From the human T2T-CHM13v2.0 reference genome, Homo sapiens: DNA of 64,000 nucleotides. Below are positions 1 to 15,449 of the stretch, piece by piece (within the stretch, counting starts at the first letter, position 1; each line of letters begins with the position of its first letter). The position numbers were made by a program, and so were the translations under genes. Below the pieces are notes generated by a model. That model was not told the origin of the DNA and did no database searches. It saw nothing but the letters and a program-made list of their open reading frames with translations. Location of the stretch: NCBI RefSeq assembly GCF_009914755.1, contig NC_060933.1; one strand, written 5' to 3'.

Positions 1-137
1 GGCCTCTACACACTAGATGACAGTAGCCCACCCATCACCAAGCTATGACAACCAAAAACATCTCTAGACATTGCCAAATATCCCTGGGGTGGGGGATGAG
101 GCGGATAGGGAAAACCTGCCCCAGTTAAGAACCAGTG
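1..137 (-). mobile_element. MER20 (hAT) fragment
   Basis: Matches the reverse complement of recalled MER20 (gacaaccaaaaa..tctctagacattgccaaat..agttaagaaccagtg). Confidence 0.75.
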
Positions 138-282
138 CTCCAGAGAGCCATTGGCCACTTCCATTCTTCCTCCATGAGTGTCGCATGAAGGGTCCAGCCC
201 TAAGAGTAACCAGGTGACCTCCCTCTAGGATTGAGGCTATTGGTCAGCTCAGCAGATGAATTAGCTTCAAAATGAAGAATGT

Positions 283-430
283 CGCCTGGCATGGTGATGC
301 ACGCCTATAGTCCCAGCTACTCCAGAGGCTGAGGCAGGAGGATTGCTTGAGGCCAGGAGTTCAAGCCCAGCCTGGGCAACATAGTGAGACCCCCTGCCCA
401 CCACCATCTCTATTTTTTAAAAAAAGAAAG
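283..430 (+). mobile_element. Alu monomer (FLAM-like)
   Basis: Single Alu arm, A-rich tail, perfect 14-bp TSD aaaatgaagaatgt (269-282 and 431-444). Confidence 0.9.
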
Positions 431-859
431 AAAATGAAGAATGTTTTAAAGTTTCCACCTTCTAATTGTACCAAAGTATAAAATAAATGTCTACATGTGG
501 ATCAGGGTTGGGAGAGAACAGAAAAACATGTGGTCCTGTGATCAGGATGGGGCGATTTTAAGTTTGGTTTTTTTGTTGTTTTCATCATTTGGGGAGAAAA
601 CAACGCAACACTACTAGAGTGCACGTGCTTACAACACATTATGTGACTATATCCATTAGCCCACTAACCTTGAGTCCACCTGAAGCTGCCCGTGATCATT
701 AGCCAGCCGTGTTTCCAGTATAGCTGGCATTATTGTCAGTCTCTTGTAAAGGACTGGGACCTGCAGCCTATGCCAATTCTCAAGGTTACCTGTGGTCCTT
801 AAAATACGGCAAATAAGTCTTCATTGCCTCCCCGCTTGCTCACTCCCATCAAACATATT

Positions 860-1075
860 CTGAGGATTCACTGTGGGCCAGACACTGTACTGTATGTATA
901 TCAAATCATTTAAACTTACAACAAACTAGAAAAACAGGTATTACTGTCCCCACTTTAAAGAGAAAAGAACTGAGTATCCCAGAGGTTTAATTAGTCACTT
1001 AGTATCACACAGTCAGTAAACGACAGACCTGGAATTAAAGCCCAGCTCTTCTGACACTAAGGCCACTGATCTTTT
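860..1075 (-). mobile_element. MIR (representative; more near 2300, 9750, 14650, 21850, 24750, 25750, 33650, 36450, 41850, 48050 and 56000)
   Basis: MIR core-like cccacttt..aactgag..cagaggtttaa. Confidence 0.65.
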
Positions 1076-4000
1076 CCTGTTCCTGTTGTGTGTTTGTTCG
1101 ATTGCAAATTTTAGCTAGGACTATTCAAGATAAAAAAGAAATGGCCTCTGTGATGTGTATGAAAATCAAGGCAAACAGCTCAGTTTTTCATTTCATTGGG
1201 TAAGTGCATCAAAACAGATACTTGACATCAAACCAATAATACTCCTGATTGATGTGACATTTAAAAAAATATATGAATCCATTAAGAGCAGTGTTTGGCT
1301 ATCATTTTCAAATTCCCAGAATCTTCCCATAACGGAGGCAGCTACATGCAGTGCTGAGGAAAAGGCAGAAGCCCAGGAATTCTGCTTGGAGGGCTGTCCT
1401 CCCCATCTCCACAGCAGTAACTTCAAGCTGGCTCTGAGCAAGAAAACACTCATTAGCCTTTAGTTACCAATACAAACTGACGGCCTCTTTATTCTGCCCA
1501 CACAACTCCTGAGGAAGTCTGGGACAAGGATGGAGAGACCAGATTGATGGGGCTACTCCAAAACACAAATAATGTATTTCCTCCCAGATATGAAAACAAC
1601 ACTTGAAGCCAGGGTGTAATAATAGGTTTTCCCAACATGGTTGCTTTCATGGAGAATTACGACTGTGCCCTAATTACACTTCTAAGAATACCAAGTCTGG
1701 ATTTCTTCTTTCCTTCCCTTCTTCTCTTGCCTTCCCTTCCTTCCTTCTTCCCTCCTCCAACTATCACATCCTGACCTCCTGCTCTGCACCAACCCCTATG
1801 CTGGGACCTGGGGATACTGACATGAATGAATCCCAAACACTGTCTCTTCTTAGACTCTAGTGGGGGATACTGGCAAATAAACAATCCCATGAGAGTGTGA
1901 CCAGCACTAGAATGGTATTGTGCCATTTCTCCCCTCAAAAAGATGGAAACACTCAAAGTGATATGGGGAAATCATTAATCTGTTTGAAATATGGGAGGTC
2001 AGGGTCAAAGAGACATCTCAGAAGGTATGACATTTGTGTACAACACTGCAAATTCGGGGTCTCAAAACTTGTTAGGATAGCATGCCTTTCATGGGATCTT
2101 TGAATTCTAAATGGTGTGAAATCTTAAGAAAAAGAGATGAGAACAAAGCTAGTTTCTTTTTTCCTTAGCAAGAAGGATGAGTAGAGATAAGGAGCCTGAT
2201 TAATAAGTGCTGCTTTTCTTATTCTTCACTAAATCTATTAATATTTTATTGTGATTTTATTTAGAAATTACTTTTGCACACATTGTCTCATTTTTGCTTT
2301 CCAATGACCCCATGAAGTAGGTACTATCATCTCCATTTTAATGGTGAGAAAATCAAAGCTCAGAGAGGTAAGTGGCTCTCTCAAGGGCTCACAGCTAGCA
2401 GAAGGAAGAATGGGTCTCTCACATCTACCTCTGTCTGCTTGCAAAACAGTGTTCTTCCCTCTAGACTACAATGCCTCTATGCGTGTCATGAGTCCTGGGA
2501 AACAATCAGTGTTATTCAACAAGTAGTCTCCCAGGCATCCCACGTGGAGTGGAAGGTGTGTTTGGGAGGCTCTAGGGTGTTGGGAAGACAGTAAAGTGGG
2601 TTTTAATGGAAAAGACTGTTCTACTTATAGCTGCTCAAAAAAAAAAATGATTCACTCTTCAGGCCTGACATGTTTTAAGAGACAGACATGCCTGTAAATT
2701 TGGCCAGACTCGTGGGTGCCAGATAATAATTGACAAAGACCCTAGGGCTTGGTGATCAAGCCAGGACTTCCTCATGTTCCTCACTGGGCTCTCCAGGGGC
2801 CAAGCACAGTGCATAATTAAGTCAGATGGCTGTAGAAGGGAAGAGATGGGTCATTTTCCCTACAGAGAGTTTTTTTCTTGGCAAGATGTAGAATGACACA
2901 CTTCAGGCAGCAGGAAGATCATTTCCATAAAAGTCTGCAGGGAGGGAGGGAAATCGCAAAGTTACTGAAAGACAAACAAAGCCCAAATACCATAAACAGA
3001 GTATGGAGTTCTTAACCAGAGGCACAATTATCTCTTACCTCAAACTTGGACAGGACTCAAGTGAGCATTATAAGAGATTTTCTCATGCACATGAGTAATT
3101 GCCCCACTCATTAAAACGTTATAGATGAGCCTCACTTGGAAATCAGCAAAGTGTGAATTCCAGTGCAGGACCCAGAGAAGACTCAAAGACACCCCAGGAA
3201 GTCCTAGCAGAGAGTTTCAAGGCAGCCCAGCAAACTTCTAGGAGGCAAACAATGGTCATAGTGAGATGAGCCAAAGACAACGAGGTATCACCCAATATGC
3301 ACACCAGTATCACACATGCCCATGAATATAAATAATGGCCATATGTCTACAACAATGAGGGAAAATGCTTTTCCAATCTCACTTATAGTTCAACCACTTA
3401 GGACCCTTTCTTCTTGAACCAAAGTCAGTACCTGTTAAAAATAAAGAACCTGTGGGATTGATAACAATATCAACTTAATCTCATCAAGGTGTGATTCATG
3501 TAGGATTTAATGGCATGACAAACAACCACACTGATGTCTTTAACCCATAAGCTTTGAGGTGCCATCTTTCAATCATAGTCATTCTCATGATATTTTGAGG
3601 CTGTTGAGTCACCTAAGAAAAACACAAATATGAATTTTAGGTCTTAGAAGGTCTAGTCCAGTACCTCAGTTGATCATGTATGAGCTGACCCTGGAATTTG
3701 AAATAATCATATTTGGATTTTATCTCTACATATCCTGAAGACACTGTGACTTGGCTGATAATAGTAACATTCACTAAGATAAGTAATTTAGGAGAAAGAG
3801 TAGCATGGAGAGAGGGAAACAAAAATGCTGAATTTTATATTAGATCTGATGGGCTGGAAGCACCTATGAGACATTTCCAAGCAGCAGGTATTCTGTAGTC
3901 AATTTATTACCAACAGAAACAAAAAGAACATGCTCAACAATTAGAGAAGATATTTACTTTGCTTTCATATGTGAAATGTGGTACTTGATTTTTCCTTCCT

Positions 4001-7000
4001 TATTGTTATTAATGTCATTTGTCTTCACATATAGTAAGTATACTTCTCTGTACTGCAGCACAAAGGTTTTTGAGTTGGGGCAAGCATTCTCCCTGGAAAA
4101 GTTATGGCATGTGACACATTGAGACTCACTTTTTCTTCAAAGGGCTGAGCAAGGGAAATGTTACAGGAAGAGGGCATGTCTCCATGGGATTTGATGGGAA
4201 GAAAGACATCCATCCAATCACCTTATATGAAGGACTGATGACCTTGACCTACTGTGATGACCCATCTGAATGTATGCCAGGTACATATGACAATGATACT
4301 CCTTAAAATATAACAGGATCTCCCACAAGTGACACAAAACTTCCAGATCATGGCTGGTTCTTCTATTTTGTTTTCTATAATGTTTATTTTTTCTGATCAT
4401 AAAGTAACATTGTCAATTACAGTATACATGGAAAACACACAAAAAAAGAAGAAAACAAAAATTACCTTCAACTGTATCAGAGGTAACCATTTTTAGTAAG
4501 TGTCTGTATTTTATCACTGTTTCTACCCATTATAAATTAATGTATTTGCCATTTTATCCTTTTTTTCTCCTTAGAATTATATATTGAGCATTATCCCATG
4601 ACATTAAATATTTTAATAACATAATTTTATACTGGCTGAGTATTCCATAATTTAACCAATTCTGCATCCATGGACATTCGGTTTGTCTCTAGTGTTTTTT
4701 TTTTTTTTTTTTTTAGTACAAGTAACAAAACAAAAAATTCTTCCTACTTAAATCTGGTGTGCCCCTGAATTTGTCAGACCTAGACAGGATGGTATACACA
4801 AAAGGGGTTTCATGAAAAGAGTATTTACTAAGGAATTGGAGGGTTAAAGGAAACCAGCAGAGAGAGAGCACAAGGGCTGGATGGATGTGTCCATTGAGTT
4901 CAGCCTTTCAAGTACAGAGCAGGGAGGACTGGAGATTCAGATGGAGAATATCCAGCTCAACACCTTTGCTGGTCCCCTTTCTAAGTTAGAGACATAAAGA
5001 CTGTGAAGATTTAGAACATACACTGTGTAGCCAATATCACTGAAATTTCACCGTCTGAGTTCCAGATAGGTGCAAAGCAGCCCAGCTTGCCTAAGTCTGT
5101 GCCAAATTCAGAACTGGGTCATCCCCTCCTCCAAGTCTTATTCTGCCGCAGGCACTGAGGAGCCTTCTACTACTTGGTCCCTGAGCCAGTGCCGACCTGG
5201 GCAGCCAGACTATTAGTATACTCACAAAGTTCTGGAATTAGGCTTGCTGCCTAGGCCAGTTATACAATGCATCTACAAGGCAATCCCTATCACAATCATT
5301 ACACAATTATTCAACCTAGATGACTGAGCTTCTTCCCTGGTTCCCAGTTTTTGGTCTTTATTCATTGTTACAGAGAGAAGCCCTGCTCTGAACACCAGCT
5401 AGTGGTGTGAGCCTTGACACCCTGCCCAATTTGGACCAGCATCATCTTCCCAGAGGCTGGTCCCTGCTTCCTTCCCAAACACTTAGCAAGAGACCTGCCC
5501 TAAAGCCAACAGACCACCTATAACTATAGCTGTGCTCATTCCTGAATAGAATCACTACTTGCTAAAAGTACTTGCTATCTCTTGCTAAATAGACTTAGCA
5601 AAAATAAAATTAGATTCCATTAAATTTAAATTTTAAAAATGGTTGCTGTCATGTTCTGCCACCAGGTTGAATACCCTGGGCTGTCAAGTCTGGCCCAGAT
5701 GGAAGCAAGTCTAAAACATTTTTAAGGCACCATGTTTTGGGTCAGCCCTACAGTCTGGTTATGATTCTAACCATAATACAGCCTGAATTGTCTCTCCACT
5801 GAGTTTCCATTATGGCTTGTAGTCGATTGTGCAATAACTGGTTAAGCCCTAAGCTTTACTAACTGTGAGAAAAGGCAATAAAATTCCAGGTAGGTTGGCT
5901 GCTGCCTTTTGGTAATGACATCACCTTTTTCCTATGGTCTCTGACCCTCAAGTCCAACACTGGGTTTCGATGTTCTGCTTAGGACCAGGCAAACAATTCA
6001 GAAAATTATCTTCTCTAATGTAGAGAAATATTTCATTTTTCTTGTCTGATCTATAGAAATGAACTCTTTTGTTGCATCCTTGGCCATGAAATATGCCTCC
6101 TGTATTATTGTGGGAAGTTCGTCTTGCTGGGGTCTCCAGCCTGAGTGCCTTTGAAGTCAGCAACATCAGAATTTAATTCCAACCAGGTCCTCTAGGTCCT
6201 TTGCATGCTTTGGTGCTTTATAAATTGTATTAAAGGTTAATTTGAGTTCTTGCAGTCCAAGAGACAGTGTTCTGTGTGCCTCTATTTCTTTGTCTCTTTA
6301 TTTCCAACAGTACAAGCTCGAGTCCTGTCTTTGTTTTGTCAGGTGGGTCCCATTAAAATCTTGTATTAAACTTTGCCTCTTTTGAAGTTCCAGATCTCAT
6401 CCATCTGTTCTGTTTTTTTTAATGACTTTATTTAGAATTTTTTTCAAAGTTAATGGAAATGTTTGAGGAATGGAGAGTCTGGTTAATGGATCTTTCAGTT
6501 AACTGAGGGTTATTGCTAACCAATATTTTCAGATTTTTGCATTTCATCTTATTTCAAATGGCCCTTCAATTTGTTTCATCTGCTAATCTCCCAGTCTGCA
6601 GATTTTCCCCTTTCTTAAATCTTATTTTTAATCCCTTATCCTGCTCCTACACTTGGGACTGGATGCTCAGAAAGTAGGCTCCAGGTGGACTGATTGAGGA
6701 AGGTAAGCTATACCAGAAATGCAGAGGAGGAAAAACCCTAGAGAGAAAATATATGCCCAAATTCATAAAGTGAACCTGATCATCATGGGCCATATATAAG
6801 CATCGAATCTAAACATACAAGAGTAGGATCATTTTTTCAAAAATAGCAAGAGTTTAAGGCTAAAGAACACTGGATCATAGAGAAAGTAGGCTGGAAATGA
6901 GCAAAGAAGATTCCAGACTATCACTCACAACAATGATGGGTGTTTGACCATCCTTAGCAGATATTTCTCAAAACTTTTCTGTCAAAAAATAAATAAATAA

Positions 7001-8169
7001 ATAAAACAAAACAAAACTGCACACTCTTTCTGGATGTACTGAGAAATATTCCGTTTCTCACAAATTTTAAGCACTACATTTTACCATGGAATATACTTTA
7101 TTCTTTAAAAGAAAAAGGTCAGTATCATCATTTCTGTTTAAATACAAATGTTCAACTATCCATAAAAGAAGTATCTCCGGTTTGTGTGTCACATGCATGT
7201 ATTTATGCACCTGAAGGCAACTTAGGGCCTAGATCTTTTGTTTTTTCTTATTTTCTTAAGTAATCTCATTATTTAGTCTTCAAGTCTTATATATTAAAGG
7301 AAATGATGACTAATAACAAGATGGTTTGCCCTTTGGCTTCCTTTACACACGCTTGAACATCACATTTCATTGACCAAGATGAAGATGGCAGGACCCAAAG
7401 TTCCCACACAGGTGAGGCAGGTGAAGTAGAACTAGTTCCAGCAATGCTGCATCTGGGAGTTGGGTGGAAAGTGCCATCATGCCCAATTCAAGAAAATAAT
7501 TTACCTAACACAATGAGACCTCTAGATCATACTAAACATGAACAAAAGTGTATTCCACCCTAGATTTGGGGTGACATAATACAAAAATAACAATCCCAAG
7601 ATCATATTGTCTAGGAGATGCTTAAAATATTATGGAAGAAATGCCAAGGTATGGTAAAAATGGGGGAATTCATATTTAGTTCCAACGCCAGCAAGAGTAA
7701 TTTCCAACCAAAGACATTTTAAGCCTCCATGGGATCATAACACAGAGATAATCCAGCCACCGAAGAAAAAAATAATTGACAGCAAGAAGACACAAGCAAA
7801 CATCATGAGAACATGCAAGGCTAACAAGATAAAATGATTAAGAATCCAAATTATCCAGACCAAAATAGGCGACGCGAACCAACTTGGGACATAAAGGAGG
7901 AAAACCCAGAAGAAGCCAGAGTGATCTTCTAAGGAACTTCAAAGCAGAATTAAATGCGTTTTGGAACCTCTAGGTTCTTTGAAATATATTGGTTGTACTG
8001 TATATTTAGGAATTGTCCTTATATTGAGCTAAGGGTTATCATCAACAAATCTTTTAGTCATCTTCACAAAGCACCCCTCTGAATATCACTATATATAGAT
8101 ACTTGAATGGACACAGATATTGAATCTGGTTATGATCAAGATTCTGCTGCTCAGAAAACAAAACTACCT

Positions 8170-8352
8170 AAGGAACACTCATAGAACATTGTATTAACAA
8201 GATGCTTCTTTATATATTAGCCTAATAGATTGTTTCAAGAGAGAAAATCAAATGGGAATAAATATCCCATGTTTCAGATGCTATGGGCAGTTTGAAGACC
8301 ACATTCTCTCTTCTATTCTTCCTAGATTCCTGGGAAATACAAGCAGGTGATC
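8170..8352 (-). pseudogene. GREB1-like terminal coding exon remnant
   Basis: GSPACISQESRKNRRENVVFKLPIASETWDIYSHLIF..*AN vs [39 protein letters not shown]. Confidence 0.65.
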
Positions 8353-9367
8353 CTGATCTTAGTAAAGTAGTTGTAACCTGTGTGTACTTGTCCACAAACA
8401 TGCACACAAGTGTGGTCACATCTCTATGCTCCCCACTGACTGCTTGAGATCCATGTGCACTGTCCAGTACTAGTCCCAGCACCCAACGACCACAGAGCCC
8501 CCAACCACCACATCCCCTTTTTACCCCAGAGATCAGCCCCAAGGGATTGGGCAATCTTTTCATTGAGACACTCAAAAACAGGATCAGATTATATCTCCTT
8601 TTGTAGACACCCTTGTGAGAAAGGCTACTTCTGAACAATATTTTCCTAGTAATTGTAACAACAACTCTTCAAGAGTGATTACTTGCAATGACTTGGTAGA
8701 GCAAAAAATACAAACCTAATCTCCTGAAAAACCTACTCTACAAAGAATTATGATTATATCACTCAGCTTAAAAATCTTCAATGTCACCTCACTGTCTACA
8801 GAATATGGTTCAAGATCTTCAGCTTAGCCACAGATCTTTTTATAGCCCTAGCTTATCTTTCCAGTGATAAAGTCTGCCACTTTAGTCATGAGAAATCACC
8901 ACTTCAGTCATGCCAAACTTCTCATAGATCCTCAGAAAAGAAGAAGCTTCCTCATACCTTTATGTTTTTCTACTTTGTGTTCCTTCTTAATAAAATGCTC
9001 CACCACCATCACTGCCATCTCTTGCCTCTTTTCCGCCTGACAAATATCTACTCATCCTTTCAGGCTGAGCTAAACATCGGCTCAGGAAGCCTTTCCTAAT
9101 CACTGGAGGCAGGGCCAGTGGCTACCGGACATCCAACTGTTATACACCTTGGCACTGGATTTGCTCCACTTGTTGTAAGCACCACAAGGTTTTTAGTATT
9201 GTGTAACAAGACCTTAACAGAGTATCGGATACACTGACTATGTTATATTAGTACCCGGAGAAGTGGAAAGATTCTAAAAATCATAACATAAAAAAAGAAG
9301 TGAAGGAAGTGGGCTTGAAGAAGACTCAAGGAAGACATAGTAGCTCTTAGTCATATTAAAAATAACC

Positions 9368-9704
<337 letters not shown>

Positions 9705-10049
9705 CCTTAGCTAATTACTATTTGGGTGTCTGGTATGTGTTAGGCGTGGTGCTAACTACTTTAAAACATCATTATTTAATTCCTCATGAGACCCCTGTGA
9801 AAGAGATGTTTATCGTCCTCATACCCACCTCAGAGAAGTAAAGGAAACTACCCAAGATCACAAAGCTTATCAGTGGCAAAGCCAGTGTTCAATGCCAGTC
9901 TTCCTGCTTTGAAAGTCTAGTTCCTTCACACTGTAGCATCCTAAACCACAGAAAAAAAGCAGCCTTAGCATCACTGGCCTCAGCCTGCTTGTCCTGCCTT
10001 GTAATTAGCCAGCTCTGTGATCCTAGGCTAGTCATTGTCCTCTTCATCT

Positions 10050-11255
10050 GCATCTCTTGACCCTTCCTTTCTTAAAATCCTCTCAGCCTATATCCTACCC
10101 ATCACAAGTGTTACTTCTTCTTCCTCCTGCGTACGTTTCAAATTCAACCATTCCTCTCCATTTCTATCATCAAAACCCTAACAAGCCACCTTCTTCTCTC
10201 ACTTAAACTTGTGCAGTTAATTCCTAACTCACCCCTGGTGTCCTTATACCCACTCTAACTGGCCTCCCACCCAAGATTTGCACTACAGCCAGATTGAAAT
10301 TTTAAAACACAAGCTTATCATTGCTTCCTATTTATTCTCAGGATAAAGATCGAATCCTTAAGACAGCACACAAGGCCTTTGCCCCACTCCAGTTTCATTC
10401 TACCTCTCTCCTCACGGTTCCCTGATCTTCAGCCTTTCAGTTTCCAAATTCCCTCTCTCCTTATACCCTCTGCACATGTTCTTCCTCAGCCTGAAAGGTT
10501 CTTGCCTTCTGCTGTGGTTTGGTTGTTTGTCCCCTCCAAATCTCATGTTGATCCCCAATGTTGGGGGTGTGGCATAATGGGAGGTGTTTGGGTCACAGGG
10601 CCAGATCTCATAAATAATGTTCTCCCTGTGGATGGGGCAGGGTGGTGAATGAGTTATCACTACAATAGTCCCCAGGAGAACTGGTTGTTAAAAGGAGCGT
10701 GGCATCTCCCCCCTCTCTCTTGCTTTCTCTCTCTCCATGTGATCTGTACACACACCAGCTCCCCTTTGCCTTCCACCATGAGGGGAAGCAGCCTGAGGCC
10801 CTCATCAGATGCCTAGTCTTGACCCTTCCAGCCAGCAGAACCATGAGCTAAATAAACCACCTTTCTTTATAAATTACCCAGCCTCAGGTATTCCTTTATA
10901 GCAATACCAAATGGACTAAGACAACTCCCTTTGTCAACTCTTCAGCAATTCTTTACCCTTTCAGCCATCTCAGGCATGGCTTCCTTGAGGACACCTTCCC
11001 TAAGCCCCAGATCAGATAGGCTATATTAGACTTACTCATCATTCCAGTCTTGTTTTTCACCATAGCACTTATCAGTGTGTTGATAATGACATATTTCTGT
11101 GATTAGTTAATCAGTATCTGTCTGACTTCCTCCTAGGCTATAACCTCCATGACAGCAGAGTCCATGTCCACTTTTATCCCTCTTTGTCCCCAGCACATGA
11201 TATGGGGCTTGGCAAAGAGTAAATGCATAATAAATATTTGTTAAATCAATGTTGG
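10050..11255 (+). mobile_element. L2 3' region interrupted by an MST LTR
   Basis: Pyrimidine-rich L2 body ending in aataaatatttgttaaatcaatg. Confidence 0.6.
10510..10923 (+). mobile_element. MST-family solo LTR (MaLR)
   Basis: tgctgtggtttgg ... aataaa ... ggactaagaca termini. Confidence 0.85.
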
Positions 11256-11459
11256 AAGACTATACATCCACTTCTTTATCTGAACGATGAGGGGACCTGA
11301 CCATGTGATCTCTGAGTTTCCTCTAGCCCTTAGCCTTAACAGCCATCTCCTTAATACACTAAATCACATTTTCTGTTATCCCAGAAGACCTAGCCATACC
11401 AATAAGCAGATAAACTGTAGTTTAGGAGAAGGCAGTGCTTTGCCTTGCAATGGAAGCAG

Positions 11460-11603
11460 TCTCTCTAGAGGGTAACAGAACTGATCAAGCAACAGTGACT
11501 CAATCCTCTGCCAGGAGTACTGTAATAATAATTCCCATGTCAGGTGAATGACAATAAATGATCTCAACACCCCTCCCAATTCTTCAAGTCTGTGATTCTG
11601 TAC
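11460..11603 (-). pseudogene. GREB1-like exon remnant; donor uncertain
   Basis: ttttgttattttacacag| VQNH..WELLLQY..LLLDQFCY vs V..SGLLLYL..FLKKFHF. Confidence 0.55.
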
Positions 11604-11828
11604 CTGTGTAAAATAACAAAATCCAACTATAAATTCCAACCAGGTCATTAAATACTAAGACAATTTGTGCTCAAATGCATAAAATGCATATATACTGAGA
11701 TTTTAATCCTAAAGGACATTGACACATTACATTTAATATATATTGAGCTACCTTGGGCACTTAGTAAAAATACAGATTCCTAGGCTCCAAATCTGGTAAT
11801 TCTGATCAGTAATTCTGGTTACTTTTAA

Positions 11829-12194
<366 letters not shown>

Positions 12195-12432
12195 AGAAAG
12201 CTTTTGTATGAAGCAAAGAGCCTTGGACTTGGAGTTAGAAGACCTGAGTTCCAACTGGAGTCAATGAGTAAGTCACCACAGGATGCCAACAAGTCATGTG
12301 ACTTTTCTAAGCCTCATAACTCTGGCATTATCTCAGAAAAGAGAAACACTACTTTTAAATGGCCTGATGTAGGGTTACATGGAAGCTGATGCTTAATGGT
12401 AGCATATGCTGCATTGATCCTAACCTCACTAC

Positions 12433-12669
12433 CTCTGCAAAGGATTCTAAAGGTCTTGTCTCAAAAACCTACAATGAATCTATTTAATGTTTGGCCTCCT
12501 TCAGGGAATGGAGGCATATTTCGCTTCCCTCAAAAATGATGAGAATTTTGGCAATGATAAACTCAGCCACCTCAGTGACCAACTGTCAAAACAAGGTTTT
12601 GGGATTTCAAAAGCTTCTCCGCACAAATGAGCCTCTTAGAACAGTTGTGGGATTATGAATGATATCCAT
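12433..12669 (-). pseudogene. GREB1-like exon remnant, 237 nt, phase 0-0, four stops
   Basis: ttttaccttag| .. AEFIIAKIL..HSLKEAKH .. E|gtagtg vs AQFLLEKFL..LSLKNHDH..GPE. Confidence 0.75.
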
Positions 12670-13002
12670 CTAAGGTAAAAACCTGCCCCTATTTTCCCCT
12701 CCTTTCACTCTTATTCTGTTCAAGATTCTACCACTTTTGGAAAATGCATTTAAGAAGCATTACTATTATTGTTTTCTGCTTCCATCCTGGAAATTTATAG
12801 ATGCGATATATTTTGGGTGTTAGAAGGGAATTGGAAGTTAGCATTTTTCTTGAAAAGCCTAGACACTAGGAATGCAAACTCACAGTCTGGCCTAGTGTTC
12901 ATTCATTCTCTAGAGCTTTCACTAACCTCCAGACACTTTGCTAGTTCTGCAGATGGAGAAGTAAATTCCACATGGTCCTTGCCTTCAAGAGGTTTATACT
13001 CT

Positions 13003-13468
<466 letters not shown>

Positions 13469-13473
13469 ACAAT

Positions 13474-13643
13474 AAAAGGAAGAAGGAAAAGGAGGAGGAG
13501 GGGAAGGAAATGGAGAAGGAGGAAAGGAGGAGGAGGAGGAGGAGATAAGAAGGAAAGAGGATAGGGGGAGGAGGAGAAGAGGAGGAAGAGAAAGAGAAGC
13601 AGAAAGAGGAAAGAGAGGAAGAAGAAGAAGAGAAAGAATAGAG
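13474..13643 (+). repeat. GA-rich low-complexity purine tract
   Basis: About 170 nt of GGA/GAA-type repeats with very few pyrimidines. Confidence 0.95.
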
Positions 13644-14324
13644 TATGGTGAGTATGATAGTAAGTGCATACACAATGAGCCATCAATTATCAATCGTGTG
13701 ATTACTAACTTTTCATTGAAATGTTTGAGGGGCAGGGTGGAGGTGTTTAGAAAAAAACTTCAGAGTGAAGACTTTATTTGAAGGGTGAGAGGAGCTCACC
13801 AGTTGAAGAATGGGGAGGAGATTTTTGGGGAGGAGCCACAAGTTGTACAACCCCACAGCACCTGAAAAGTACACAGTAGGTTTTTAGCCTGGTGGTTTGG
13901 CTTGATTGAAGCACCAGATGCTTGGGAAGGAGGCAGAAAGAGGAGAGAGGCTTAATAAAGGAACAGGAGTGAGGCTGGGGCCAAATCATAAAGGGCCCAA
14001 TGTATAGCTCTGAGGGATTTGGACTTTTGTCCATAGGCAAAACATTTCTCTCGGGTACATTCTAAGAGTTTTAAGTGGTGGTTGATATGCCTGTCGCTTG
14101 TTTGTTTTCCCAGGGATGGGAATGAAAGCTGGTGTTTCCATTGTCTTAAACTAACTTCCTGCTTCAGCTCCATGCATGTATTGCTCATTGCAAAACATTC
14201 CTGGTTTCTATTTTCACACAGCCTCAGAAAAACATCATATGAAAGTTAAGTTTAATTCAGTTGAAGTCTCCCTTTACTCAGTCCAAACAGCTACTTCAAC
14301 CCAGTCATCCAGGTTAGGAGTGAC

Positions 14325-14476
14325 CTTATTTTTCTGGTAGACACCAACACCAACTTGCCAGGAGGTACCAAAAAGGCTCCATCTGCTCAAAAATAAAGTA
14401 CTGTTCCAGATCTTTGTGTAGAACTGAAGCAAATTTCTACATGGTTCAGTCAAAAACTGCGCTACTCTGGAATGAC
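14325..14476 (-). pseudogene. GREB1-like exon remnant, 152 nt, open
   Basis: ctctccatccttttcccag| ..QFLTE..FYTKIWNSTLFLSRWSLFGTSWQVGVG.. |gtcact vs RYFCE..[28 protein letters not shown]. Confidence 0.7.
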
Positions 14477-15449
14477 CTGGGAAAAGGATGGAGAGGAACA
14501 GTCAATGTTCCGTGATGCACGGAAGTGCTGCTGTCTCTTGGAAGGCACTTGATAATCACTGTTAAAGTCCCTTCCTTGTGGGCCAGCACTGTCACAATGA
14601 CCACAAAAATCACCCTTCACTGAGCGTCTGTTCTAAGCCAAGACAGTGTGCTTAGCACTTTGCCTGTGCTATTCCATTTCATCCTTGCAACACTCTGTAA
14701 GGTAGGTATTTTATCCCTAGTTCACATGTAGATAAAGTGAGCTCAGAGATGCTGTATAGCATGTTGCTTCCCAGAGTCAATAGCTAGTAACTGACGGTGC
14801 CAAGCTCAAACCTAGAGGAAGCCACCTGAGAGTTACGCTACTGAGAGAGCACTGCCAAGGGACACTGGTGCAGCAATCAAGGCCTTCCCATTTCCTCTGT
14901 CCCTGCCTGATGATGCCAACAAATCCCATGACACTTCAGTCTCTGTTACTTCACCTATAACATGGAGGTAGTTAGACCTTCGCTACAATCTCTGAAATGT
15001 ACAGAAAAAGCTTTGAAATTTTACCTTAAGCAGGAGCTTATTCAGTTATCAAATGAACACGTATTGAGCACCTACAATTTTATAGAGCCCTCAGCTAGGA
15101 GCTAAGGATACAAAAGAAATCTTAAGATCTCAAGAAACATGCCATTTAGCAATTAAAAGTCAAAATGTTTACAACATGCCCCTCACCCAGACAGAAATAA
15201 TTTCCATTTACAAGGAATTCTGTAAGGGAGAGAGGGAGTAACTCATCTGGGTTTCCCACCCCAGCATTACAATCTTTAGGGTTTTACGCAGAGGAGCATA
15301 TCAAGTACAAAAACCTGTCTTGAGAACTCTCCACTTAACTTCCTTGTTAAGTTAACCACACTCTTCACTCCTGTAAAACATATGGAAGAGGACACCCAAA
15401 GCAAACAGAAGGAGTGGCCAGCAGAACCACCAGCAGCTAGCAGTCAGTC

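Noticed and set aside
1080-6200. Unique-looking stretches with short ORFs (1193-1453, 4025-4400, 5948-6166)
   Set aside because: No recognisable protein similarity or consistent exon chain could be established by eye.
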